Shown one piece after another: positions 7,870 through 17,300 of a stretch of 38,729 nt of DNA (within the stretch, counting starts at the first letter, position 1; every line of letters starts with the position of its first letter). Origin of the DNA: Deltaproteobacteria bacterium TL4 (GTDB lineage: Bacteria > SAR324 > NAC60-12); the NCBI GenBank assembly GCA_051382335.1, contig JBBCAX010000001.1, positions 1 to 38,729 on the forward strand, given 5' to 3'. The notes below the pieces were generated by a model. The model saw nothing but the letters and a program-made list of their open reading frames with translations, was not told the DNA's origin and made no database searches. Made by a program: the position numbers and the translations under genes.

Positions 7870-9956
7870 ACGTCTCCTGATCTCTTTAAAAGTTGCCGGA
7901 GCCTTTGACTCAGCTCCGGAAGTTGGTAAGGTTTGATTAAAACAGCGTCAACACCAAAGGTTTCAGGTTCTTCTTCATCCAAAATCTCCATATATCCCGT
8001 GGACAGCAAAATCAATACATTCGGTCTGAGGTTTCGAAGGTGTTGTGATAATTGAGCGCCATTCATCTCAGGCATGGTGTAATCGGTCATGATTAAATCA
8101 AAATCAGCGGGATGCGCTTGAAAGGCGGCCAAGGCTTTTGAACCTTCGCTGAAGGAAGTGACCGTGTAGCCCAGTTTTCTTAGCATCATTTGGGTGATAT
8201 TTCTTACAAGGGTATCATCATCCACCAGTAAAATACGCTCTGTTCCTAACTCAATAAGGGTTTCCGCATCCTCCGTTTCCTCTTCAAGGTCTTCAATAAT
8301 TTCGGGGTAGTAGACAAAGAAGGTGCTTCCTTGGCCCAAGGTACTTTCCACTTTAATCAGGCCGCCATTCTGTTCGACAATTCCCAAAACAACGGATAAC
8401 CCCAGCCCTGTGCCTTCTGCTTTGGTGGTGAAAAAGGGATCAAAAATCGAATTCATGGTTAAAGGTGACATGCCGCATCCTGTGTCTTGAACCACAAGGG
8501 TGACAAAAGGGCCTTTGACTTTCTTCTTTTTTGAATTGAAAAAGGATTGTGGCCTTTTCTTGGTAAGCGAGATGGTTAGGGTTCCGCCATCAGACATGGC
8601 TTGGGAGGCATTAATACAGAGATTAATCAGAACCTGGTGTATCTGTTGTTCATTGGCACAAATTCGGGGCAGACTCTCAGGGATGTTCGTTTTGATCGTG
8701 ATGGTTTTAGGCAGCGTTGGTTTTAAAAACTCGATTACGTCTTTCACCACGCTTTGAATTTCAATAGATTCTGTTTTGGGTGTGGTTCTGCGACTGAAGG
8801 CCAACACTTGTTGAACCAGAGTTTTGGCCTGCTGACCTGCTTGCTGAACCTGTTGCAAATACCCTTTTTCCTCATTTTCAGGATGGTCTTGCAAGAGCAG
8901 CCCTGTGTACCCCAAGACCGGAGCGAGCAGGTTATTAAACTCGTGCGCAATGCTTCCGATCAGGGTTCCCAGTTCTTCCATTTTTTGGGCTTGGAACAGT
9001 TGCTTTTCTAATTGAAGCTCGTTGGTGATGTCTCGTTGAACTGCTACAAAATGGGTGACCTCCCCGGTATCGCTCCGGATGGGCGAAATGACAATTTCAT
9101 TTTCGAAAAGGGTTCCATCCTTCTTCTTGTTGATTAAACGCCCATGCCAGGCTTGTCCTGCGGTAATGGTTTTCCACAGGGATTTAAAGACAGAAGGCTC
9201 AACTTTTCTACTATTGAGAATTTTCGGATTTTCCCCTAAAACTTCCTGTGCGGTGTACCCTGTGGTTTGTTCGAAAGAGGGATTCACATATTCAATGTTT
9301 CCTTGTCCATCCGTAATAATGACGACTTCCGCGGATTGCTCAATGGCGGTTGCTAAAATAGCTCGCTTTTTTTCTGATTCCTGATGTTCATTTATTTCTG
9401 TTTGGAGTTGTTGGTTTCGTTCTTCCAGTTCACTATAAGCCTGTTGTAAGTTGTTCTGGGTTCGTTTCAGCTTTGTGTGGGTCAATTCAAATTGCCTGGC
9501 CTTTTGTGTGGACAGCATCAGTTTATCAGAGAGAATGACCGATAAGAGGGGCGAAATTAAGTACTGAATCGTCTGTTTGGTCTCTTCCTGCTCCTGCTTG
9601 AGTGTTTCAAAACTCAGTTTAAGCAAGTGAACTTCACTATCCGCAATAACTGTCCTGGAAGCTTTGTTTTTCCGAATTAAACTCGATTCGCCCAAGATGT
9701 CTCCAACACGCTTCATTTTGAATAAAGGTTCATCTCCTCCGTAGTACGAGACACTTCCTTGAAGCAGGATGTATAAAAATTTATTTTCCTGACTTTCCTC
9801 CAGAATTTTTGTTTTTGCGGGGAACTGTTCATAGGAGAAACAATTCAGGATGTATTCCCAGACAAGTTCTGGAATAAACTCAAAAATACGAGAACGCTTT
9901 AGACCCTTGAGCATTTTCTGATTCATTTTTTGAATGGTTTTCGCATTTTCCTTCAT
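7866..9956 (-). CDS. Hybrid sensor histidine kinase: cNMP-binding - coiled coil - PAS - HisKA - HATPase - REC
   Basis: cNMP-like (LYILLQGSV...GDILGE), PAS (YVNPSFEQTTGY...W.G.L.NKKKDG), AHEFNN, DTGCG, FDPFFTTK, GTGLGL, receiver DLIMTDYTMP; start placed at ATG 9956 behind AAGGA. Confidence 0.9.
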   Translation of the reverse strand: MKENAKTIQKMNQKMLKGLKRSRIFEFIPELVWEYILNCFSYEQFPAKTKILEESQENKFLYILLQGSVSYYGGDEPLFKMKRVGDILGESSLIRKNKASRTVIADSEVHLLKLSFETLKQEQEETKQTIQYLISPLLSVILSDKLMLSTQKARQFELTHTKLKRTQNNLQQAYSELEERNQQLQTEINEHQESEKKRAILATAIEQSAEVVIITDGQGNIEYVNPSFEQTTGYTAQEVLGENPKILNSRKVEPSVFKSLWKTITAGQAWHGRLINKKKDGTLFENEIVISPIRSDTGEVTHFVAVQRDITNELQLEKQLFQAQKMEELGTLIGSIAHEFNNLLAPVLGYTGLLLQDHPENEEKGYLQQVQQAGQQAKTLVQQVLAFSRRTTPKTESIEIQSVVKDVIEFLKPTLPKTITIKTNIPESLPRICANEQQIHQVLINLCINASQAMSDGGTLTISLTKKRPQSFFNSKKKKVKGPFVTLVVQDTGCGMSPLTMNSIFDPFFTTKAEGTGLGLSVVLGIVEQNGGLIKVESTLGQGSTFFVYYPEIIEDLEEETEDAETLIELGTERILLVDDDTLVRNITQMMLRKLGYTVTSFSEGSKALAAFQAHPADFDLIMTDYTMPEMNGAQLSQHLRNLRPNVLILLSTGYMEILDEEEPETFGVDAVLIKPYQLPELSQRLRQLLKRSGDV

Positions 9957-9964
9957 GTTGTTCC

Positions 9965-11524
9965 TTACCAAATTCCAGGAATAAATTTATATTTTACTTT
10001 TTCACAATAGCTTAAGTAGTCCGGATCGTGTTTCAAATGTCTTTCTTCGGTAACGGCCCGGAGCCCATAAATAAGATTCCAGAGGCCTAAGAAGATAAAC
10101 TGCCACGGTGAGGAAAAACCTCTGAGACTTTCGGTCCACCAGGCTAAATTCTTTGAAAGATACGCGGGGTGACGAATCCAGGTATACGGTCCTCTGGTGA
10201 TAATGCCGCGATGAGTAAGATTACTAAAACGCAAACCAAAGGCCATTGTTGCCCAAACATAAACCAAAAAGAACAGGAGGGTCGCAACTTTCAATGTGAT
10301 ATCAAGCCATTCCGCCTGAAAAATAGCGTAAGGTGTTCCGGACCACTGACTGTAAGGCAGGTAGTTGGAGGTCACACCATTAAATGGAGGGTAGCACATT
10401 ACCGCCACCATCCAGCCACTTAAGGTTCCATCAACACTTTTGGACTTATTGGCCAACCATCTTGAAGAGGAGACATACCCAATTAATCCCAAAGCGACAT
10501 CCATGACAAAAATCGCCTCCAACGCGGTATGATAAAAACGATCAAAGCAATCCACCGGATTGAAATTATGATTTTTGAACGTGTTTAAAAAACCTGGAAG
10601 ATGGTTGAACAATTTTCCATACTCACTATAGAGGAATACAATCATTAAGGGAACAAAAAAAAGCTTCACCAACAAATCGCGCAGGGCCATCAAAATACGA
10701 CGGTTGTAGAACGTTCTTCGTATCTGCTTCAAATTTCGATGCAGCAGACTTTTGAGTAGATTATTCCAAATCAACATCAGCACAAAACAGGGATCACTGC
10801 GGTTTTCAAAACGGTGCCCTCGCAAAAGGTTGGTAATGAAGGCATAAGGCCATCCCAGAAAAACATAGGTCCCATACAGGTAACCGCAGGCAATTCTCCA
10901 GTTGAGATAATACGGGTTCAGGTAGAAGGGGTGTTGATGGATCATCAGGACAACCAGGGTAAAAAAGAAAAGTCCTGAGAGCCATCTGAAAAATGAAGTT
11001 CTGAAGGCTCTTTTCCAGGGAGACAGGGTTAGACGCTGACCTTGGAAAAACGCGAACCCTAAACTTCCCAGTCCAATCAGCCCCAAGCCTACCCCCATCA
11101 AAGCAAACACAACTTCAATCCGGGTCCATTCCCAGGTCAGAAAAACGTAAGTGTTTTGGGGAAAAAACCAGAGCGCGTGTTGTGTGACCCTCCAGGTTCC
11201 CCAGATTCCGATGAGGCTGACCGCAAGCGTGAGAACGCGGCTGAATTTATAGTTCAAATGCTCCCATAAAATCATGAATTGAAAGCCCAGCAATACAATG
11301 AACGCAATGTCGTAAAAATCGCGGTTAAGGGAAGAAAAGGCGGTTATTGTTCCCTGAAAAGCATGCATGATTTTGGGACCGCCTCCCGCTAAAATTCTGG
11401 CTTTGAACATGGAATAATTAAGACTGAGTGCCAAAATAAAGACAGCACCCAGCGCACCTGTCCAAGGCGATTGACAGCCCTTGACAGGATCAAAGGTGGA
11501 GTGACGAGGAAAAGGAGATTTCAT
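9965..11524 (-). CDS. Polytopic membrane protein with C-terminal ICMT/PEMT-family methyltransferase domain
   Basis: Many TM segments; RFSNLTHRGIITRGPY.WIRHPAY, RA.TEERHL..DPDY..Y...VKY.FIPG; ATG 11524 lies 1 nt after the patatin stop. Confidence 0.8.
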   Translation of the reverse strand: MKSPFPRHSTFDPVKGCQSPWTGALGAVFILALSLNYSMFKARILAGGGPKIMHAFQGTITAFSSLNRDFYDIAFIVLLGFQFMILWEHLNYKFSRVLTLAVSLIGIWGTWRVTQHALWFFPQNTYVFLTWEWTRIEVVFALMGVGLGLIGLGSLGFAFFQGQRLTLSPWKRAFRTSFFRWLSGLFFFTLVVLMIHQHPFYLNPYYLNWRIACGYLYGTYVFLGWPYAFITNLLRGHRFENRSDPCFVLMLIWNNLLKSLLHRNLKQIRRTFYNRRILMALRDLLVKLFFVPLMIVFLYSEYGKLFNHLPGFLNTFKNHNFNPVDCFDRFYHTALEAIFVMDVALGLIGYVSSSRWLANKSKSVDGTLSGWMVAVMCYPPFNGVTSNYLPYSQWSGTPYAIFQAEWLDITLKVATLLFFLVYVWATMAFGLRFSNLTHRGIITRGPYTWIRHPAYLSKNLAWWTESLRGFSSPWQFIFLGLWNLIYGLRAVTEERHLKHDPDYLSYCEKVKYKFIPGIW

Positions 11525-11525
11525 G

Positions 11526-13010
11526 CTATTTATTATTTTCAGAGTAGGCCTGACACATTTCAAAGCGACGTTTCTTCAATTTCTGAACGCAGTTTTCCAA
11601 GGTTTGACTGATCAAGGTCTGATTTCGAATCGCTGTAATATAATGCCAGGCAGCTCGTTCGCCTTCAAGGATCGCGGCTTTTAATTCCTCTTGTGAAGGG
11701 TTGGAAAATATTTTGAGATATTTTCTAAAGTTAACATTGGGAGCAATCGTGATATCTCCGTAGTAACGTTGTTTCACCATCGCCTGGATGCTGGAAACAA
11801 TGGGGGCCCCCATAATATCGCTCCCGCCTTCATCATGCATCAAATGCAATAATTGACGTCCTCTGTGTTTGGCTTCGGCTTTGAGCAGAATCCTTGCCGC
11901 ATACAAAAGCCTTTGATTGAACGAACGGCGGGTCATTCTACGTTTTTCAATAAAAGGAATCACATGCGGGTTGGTTTGGCTGACAATATAGTGATTGACA
12001 TTATAAAGCTCACTCAGGCGCTGCATGGGGAGATCTTGAAAAATACTGCCATCGACCCATTTGACGTTAGGCATATAAGCAACCATGTTGCCCTGAACAT
12101 CCTTTGCCGCTAACTCAACAGGCTCAAACACGGTAGGAACCGCACAGGAGGCCAAAGCGGCACTCCAAATCATGATATGCGGTGTGGTTAAAAAACTGGC
12201 GAGCCTGGTATTTTGGTTTTCTTCCATGGGTGAAAGGCTAATATTGACAATGCGCTTGCTGCGGTCAAAACCTTCTTCAAAGGTGTATTCTCCAATATTG
12301 TACCTCAGACACGATTCCAGGTGATGAGAACTGAGGACGCTTTTTTGGGTCAGCATTTCTTTCCAGTTCAAGAGCTTGAAGGCGTCGAGATATAACTTTT
12401 CCGGCTCTTGAAAAAGCTCATCCAGTTCTGCATCGGTATGAGAACCCAAGACACTTGCCATGACCGAACCCGCACTGGCTCCTGAAATCACACGAGGCAG
12501 AAGATGTTGTTCCCATAAAGCTTTACAAACACCAATATGAAACATGCCCATGGCGGCACCGCCACTGAGCAACAAAGCGCTTCGTCCGAAACTTTGGCCT
12601 GTATGTTTGAAAAATTTCAGCTTTTCCTCAAAAGGGAACAGCTCATCATCGAGATCATAGAGATATTTCAGGAGGGAACTGACTTCGGTCACATAATCGT
12701 CAATCAGGTATTTGGTCCCGACATGGGTTTTGTGATAGAGTTTCGTGTTCGCCAAATTTCCCAGATTCCGTTTAAGTCCTTCTCGGAGTTGATACGTCAG
12801 TTGGGTGATATCTTTTTTTCGGTAACACTCCTTCAGCTTATCCAGGCGTTCCTGGATCAACAGGTACATGTAACTTGAAGATTCAGGCGTGTTCTTCCAG
12901 TCCTCATGATCCTCAATCCAATCTAATTCTACCGCTGCCGTATACCATGTATAGAAATCGGTGGCAGTATTCATTCTGGTTCTGCATTCTTCCGCAGCTC
13001 GTTTTATCAT
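11526..13010 (-). CDS. Patatin-like lipase with DUF3336-type N-terminus (TGL3/4/SDP1-like triacylglycerol lipase family)
   Basis: W...A.ELD and GTK.LI.DY N-terminal motifs, FGRSALLLSGGAAMG oxyanion loop, GASAG nucleophile, ASCAVP, WVDGS, SQTNPH; SD GGAGA before ATG 13010. Confidence 0.88.
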   Translation of the reverse strand: MIKRAAEECRTRMNTATDFYTWYTAAVELDWIEDHEDWKNTPESSSYMYLLIQERLDKLKECYRKKDITQLTYQLREGLKRNLGNLANTKLYHKTHVGTKYLIDDYVTEVSSLLKYLYDLDDELFPFEEKLKFFKHTGQSFGRSALLLSGGAAMGMFHIGVCKALWEQHLLPRVISGASAGSVMASVLGSHTDAELDELFQEPEKLYLDAFKLLNWKEMLTQKSVLSSHHLESCLRYNIGEYTFEEGFDRSKRIVNISLSPMEENQNTRLASFLTTPHIMIWSAALASCAVPTVFEPVELAAKDVQGNMVAYMPNVKWVDGSIFQDLPMQRLSELYNVNHYIVSQTNPHVIPFIEKRRMTRRSFNQRLLYAARILLKAEAKHRGRQLLHLMHDEGGSDIMGAPIVSSIQAMVKQRYYGDITIAPNVNFRKYLKIFSNPSQEELKAAILEGERAAWHYITAIRNQTLISQTLENCVQKLKKRRFEMCQAYSENNK

Positions 13011-13198
13011 GCTTTTCTCCCTCAACTGTAGTGGGTGTGTGTTTAATTAGGGGCCGTTTTGTCGGGGCATGTTGACTTATAACACATTCATACCGAAAAA
13101 AATAGACATCTTTACCTAAATAAACGCTGGAATCATGCGCCATGAGGATACCTGCAAACCCGCTAAAATTCAGGCTATATTTGGGAAAGAGGTCTATT

Positions 13199-13219
13199 AA
13201 TTAGTCGCTGTCGCGAAAT
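13199..13219 (+). repeat. 21-bp direct repeat, left copy
   Basis: AATTAGTCGCTGTCGCGAAAT, identical to 14024-14044. Confidence 0.9.
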
Positions 13220-13282
13220 AGCTTTTAGCCGTCAGTTTTCAGTTTAAAAACCATACGGATAAAACCTCCTTCCTATCCCGAA

Positions 13283-13696
13283 TTAGAGATGATTCTTCAT
13301 TTCGTCTAAGAAATCTTTGGGGTTTAATACTTTAATCCCAAAATATTCTCGAATCTCTTGTACGGCTTTATCCCCTGAAACGATGTACTTTCCTTTCAAA
13401 GCAACGGCACACTCAAAAAATTTATTGTCTTCGGGATCTTTCGCTACAACTTCAAGTTTTGGTGTATTCGAGGTGAATATCATGTGAAAACTTTTTGAAA
13501 AGAATTCTAATAATTCTTTCAGTTCTGGTTCGTCCTTCAAACCAAGACGATGAAGCACTTCCATATACTCACCAATTATTGAAGGTGTTACACACAGAAT
13601 AACTTTTCCAGATTTCCATAAGTCAATTATTTCCTTGGGATTTCCACCGAAGAATGAAGAAATAAAAACGTTTGTGTCTAACACTATTCTGATCAA
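13283..13696 (-). CDS. PIN-domain (VapC-like, PIN_3 type) toxin
   Basis: IVLDTNVFIS, EY.EVL, DPEDNKFFECA, IVSGDK; overlaps antitoxin stop. Confidence 0.9.
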   Translation of the reverse strand: MIRIVLDTNVFISSFFGGNPKEIIDLWKSGKVILCVTPSIIGEYMEVLHRLGLKDEPELKELLEFFSKSFHMIFTSNTPKLEVVAKDPEDNKFFECAVALKGKYIVSGDKAVQEIREYFGIKVLNPKDFLDEMKNHL

Positions 13697-13938
13697 TTTT
13701 TACTCCTGACATCTTTTATTATTTGGGGAATCTCATTGAGAGTTACTTGTTTATCGAATAGTTTATTGCCTATACGCTCCCATAAATTACTAACATATCC
13801 TCCGACATCTCTATCTTGTACATAACCTTCCAGTAAGCTTCTCACCACTTCACTAGTATTTTTTCCTTCTGCTTTCGCAAATTGATTTACTTTATTTTTC
13901 AATTCAGGATCAATCCGAATAATCATTTGTGCAGACAT
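13693..13938 (-). CDS. Ribbon-helix-helix/CopG-like antitoxin
   Basis: MIIRIDPELK...AKAEGKNTSEVVRSLL RHH pattern, directly upstream of the PIN gene; SD GGAGA before ATG 13938. Confidence 0.8.
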   Translation of the reverse strand: MSAQMIIRIDPELKNKVNQFAKAEGKNTSEVVRSLLEGYVQDRDVGGYVSNLWERIGNKLFDKQVTLNEIPQIIKDVRSKN

Positions 13939-13961
13939 ACTGATCTCCATATTAATTGTTA

Positions 13962-14001
13962 ATATTGTATATACAATATATCAGAATGGAGGACTTGTCA
14001 A
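13962..14001 (-). promoter_or_regulatory. TA promoter overlapped by a palindromic operator
   Basis: TTGACA-17 bp-TATTGT on the minus strand; perfect 18-bp palindrome ATATTGTATATACAATAT (13962-13979) covers the -10 box. Confidence 0.75.
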
Positions 14002-14023
14002 TTTTTCGGCACCTTTCAAAAGG

Positions 14024-14044
14024 AATTAGTCGCTGTCGCGAAAT
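14024..14044 (+). repeat. 21-bp direct repeat, right copy
   Basis: AATTAGTCGCTGTCGCGAAAT, identical to 13199-13219; imperfectly complementary to ATTTTGGTAACGACT just downstream. Confidence 0.9.
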
Positions 14045-14321
14045 GTTTAATGTTGAATTTTGGTAACGACTCAGGCAGAAGGCACAAAGTTGTTGGCGGA
14101 AAAGGACAAAATGTTGAACCCCGTTTGGGCCTCCGGTCTAAGCCGGGCCAAAGGTAGGAATCGTTTGAGGAGAAATGGGGTTAAACTCTTGAGGTTTTTG
14201 TGGTAGACCTTTTTTTTTATGAACTTTGAATTGAGGCATTACAATTGTCATTATTTTTTGTCATAAGGAAGAAGAGGAACCTCATGAAGCATTCTTTGAA
14301 CAGGTTAAAGGTAAGATTTTA

Positions 14322-17300
14322 ATGGAACCACTTTTTCGTTTTGACCGTATTTTCCCCTATGCGCTGCCTCCGGTATTGACGGCCTTGGTGTGTTTATTTC
14401 TGGCTTTGCTGACGATAAAAGCAGGAAAACACAATCGTGAGAACAAACTCTTCACGATTTTGTGCCTGTTGCTGCTGATTTACAATGTTGATTTTATTTT
14501 ACACATCTTACTGATTTCAAAGCAGACGGCGCTTCTCGTTTCACGCTGGAGTTTTGCGCCTTTAATCTTTTCCCTCCCCTTGTGTGTCCAGTTCATACAC
14601 CAGGTTTTAGGGCTCAAACAGCGAAAAAAACTGGAATGGTTTTTATATGGATATTCTGTTCTTTTACTTTCCACAACTCAGACCAATTTCTTTATTTCAG
14701 AGGGCTATGAGTATTATTTTGGACATTTCCCTAAAATAGAATGGGGCTTCATCCTGTTCAGCGGCGCTTCTACTTTAGCAGGAATCTATTATGTGTTTTT
14801 ACTGATTTTTGCTTATCGACGAGCAACGCTCCATGAATTCAAGCGCAAAATCATTTATATATTTATGGGATTCCCCGTGGGTTGGGGCATCATCGGGTTT
14901 AATTTTTTTGCCTATGCGGGCTTTGAGCTTTATCCTCCGGGGACCTACGGCTTTATCCCCCTCTCCTTTTTAGCCTATGGCATGATCCAACATGCGTTAT
15001 TGGATACGAGCCAGTCCTTTTTAAGGAAAGGGTATTGGGGAAATCTCTTGTCTTATGTGGTGCTCTTTCCGTTGCTTGCCGCAACTCTTTTTCTGTTAAC
15101 TTCCGATGCTGTTAATTTGCATAAGGTTTCCAGTTTTATCGGGAAACTCTATCCCTATGGTATTGCGCCATTACTGTCATTACTTGTCTCCATGGGCTTG
15201 TCCGCCTTTTGTCTGCGCAAAGGCTTGAGACGGGTGAACACCATCCTTTTTGGCTTAATTTGTCTGCTGTGGGGGGGGTTGTGCCTGGAGCGGGTTCTGG
15301 GGTTTTTTATTCTCCTTGAATATGCTGAGATCACTTTGCGCTTCGCCAAAACCAGCCATTTTTTGTTTGTTAATCAGTTAGGCCTGTTTTTGCATTTTAT
15401 CTACATTACTATTAAGCATCCCGGTCGGAAGGTTGTGATGTTTTTCTATCTGGTCGGCTTTTTATTAATGATGACCACACAAACCCATTTTTATTTTCAG
15501 GAAGACATGTACCGCTATCCTTTTGGGATTATGCCGATGGGAAATTGGGGGGTTGTGTTCCTGGCGATCTTTGGAGGAATGGGGACCTTATGGGGAAGTG
15601 CTTTATTAGCCAGGGAAGGCTTACGAGAACGGGACGTTTCTCGGAGAACACAGTTATTTTTCATTTTCGTAGGTTTGGTCCTCAGTGCCTTTCTGTTTTT
15701 AGGCAACATGCCTTCGGTTTTAGGTGTTTCCTTAATCCCTTTAGGCGATTTCAGTTTTATTCCGTTAATCATCATGGCCTATGGGATTTTCCGTCATGAT
15801 GTCTTAAAAATTAACATTTACGCCAAAAAGCGTTTTTTCGCGGTGGGTGTCAAAATCGCGTTAATCACAGGCTATGGAGGATCCCTCCCCATGATTCTCT
15901 GGACCGTGGAAGGTCTGGACTCCAGTTATATTTTCAGTCGTATTGTCCCTTTGGGGATCCCTCCACTGCTGTCTTTTCTATGCTGTCTTTTCTTATCGGC
16001 TTTAGCGACGAAGTTAGCGCAAAATCAAAAAGGGGCCTTATTGTTCAGTCTGGTTTGTATTTTATACAGTTGGCTCAACCTGGATATATTTTTGAGTGTT
16101 TTGATTATGGATCCTCAGCGTGCCCTGCAGGTCATGCGCTGGGGACAATTTTTCTTTGTTTTTATTGTGTCTTTAATCTTACATTTCACCTTCATCATCA
16201 CCTACCAACAAAAACGCTGGTATCTCGTTTATACAGCTTATTTCCTCAGTGGGATCTTTGCGCCTTTATCTCAAACAGATTATTATTTTACCGGTCTGTA
16301 CACCTATTTCTGGGGCTATTTCCCACAGGCAGGCCTTGCGTTTATTCCGCTTTGTCTCTATTTCCTTGTGTGTGCGTTGTATAGTGGATGGTTATTAATT
16401 ATAGAATATTTGACCACGAATAGTCGTTTTCAGAAGCATCGGATTCGTTATATCTTAGTCGGCTTTTCCCTCATTACGATGTTGACCTTGGGTGATGTTC
16501 CCGGAGTGTATGGCTTTGAGATCTATCCTTTGGGCAATTTCAGTTTTCTGCCTTTTCTGGTTCTGGCCTATGGGTTATTTCGCCAAAACATACGTGATGC
16601 CATGCAGAGTGTTCGGATTTTAGTCTTTTGGACGGGGGTTTTATTGGCTTTGTGGGGCATGTCCTCGTTCATTCAAACTATTTTCTCACCGCAAAACACG
16701 CTCTTCCAACTCTGGTCTTTTGTCCTGACGACGCTGTTATTCTATCCTCCGATCAAGAGTAGCTGGAACGCGATTCTGGATCTCTTTGTTCGTAATCCGA
16801 CTGATGATTTTGAGTTCCAATTTTTACGTTTGACCGATGAACTGTCGCAGATTCATCACATCGCCGAGCTTTATCAAACGGTGAGTCGTTTATTAATCAA
16901 GGAATTTTTCAGTTCGCGTTGTGCGCTCTTGTTTTTTGACAACAACCATAAAAACTTTTACGGCTGGGAAATTTGGAACAAACAATTTGGTATTTTTGAA
17001 CGGGATATCGACGTTCCTGAAGGTGAGCACGAAGTCACGCTGCTTCCTAACGAATCACTGGTCTTACTGTTCAACATTGAACAGACGCTCATTACCCAAA
17101 CACAGTTGGAGGAAGGCGTTCTGGAGCGGGATATTCCGCTTGCGATCACGGAGCGCTTATTAGAAGCTGAAATCATTCAATCCATATTTTTTCAGGACCA
17201 ACTCACCTGTTTGATCCTCTTGGACGCCAAGATTGACGGGGCGCCTTATTCCAAGGACGAAGCGGCTTTCCTACACCAATTGGGCATGGTTTTGGGACCG

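Noticed and set aside
12913..13143. 76-aa minus-strand ORF
   Set aside because: Overlaps the patatin start out of frame; no recognisable features
14075..14185. GCCTCCGGTCTAAG upstream of the DGCs resembles part of a c-di-GMP-I riboswitch
   Set aside because: The GGCAAAC...GAAA...GACGCAAA tetraloop stem and closing 3' strand cannot be formed convincingly; would need a cmsearch hit to the c-di-GMP-I model
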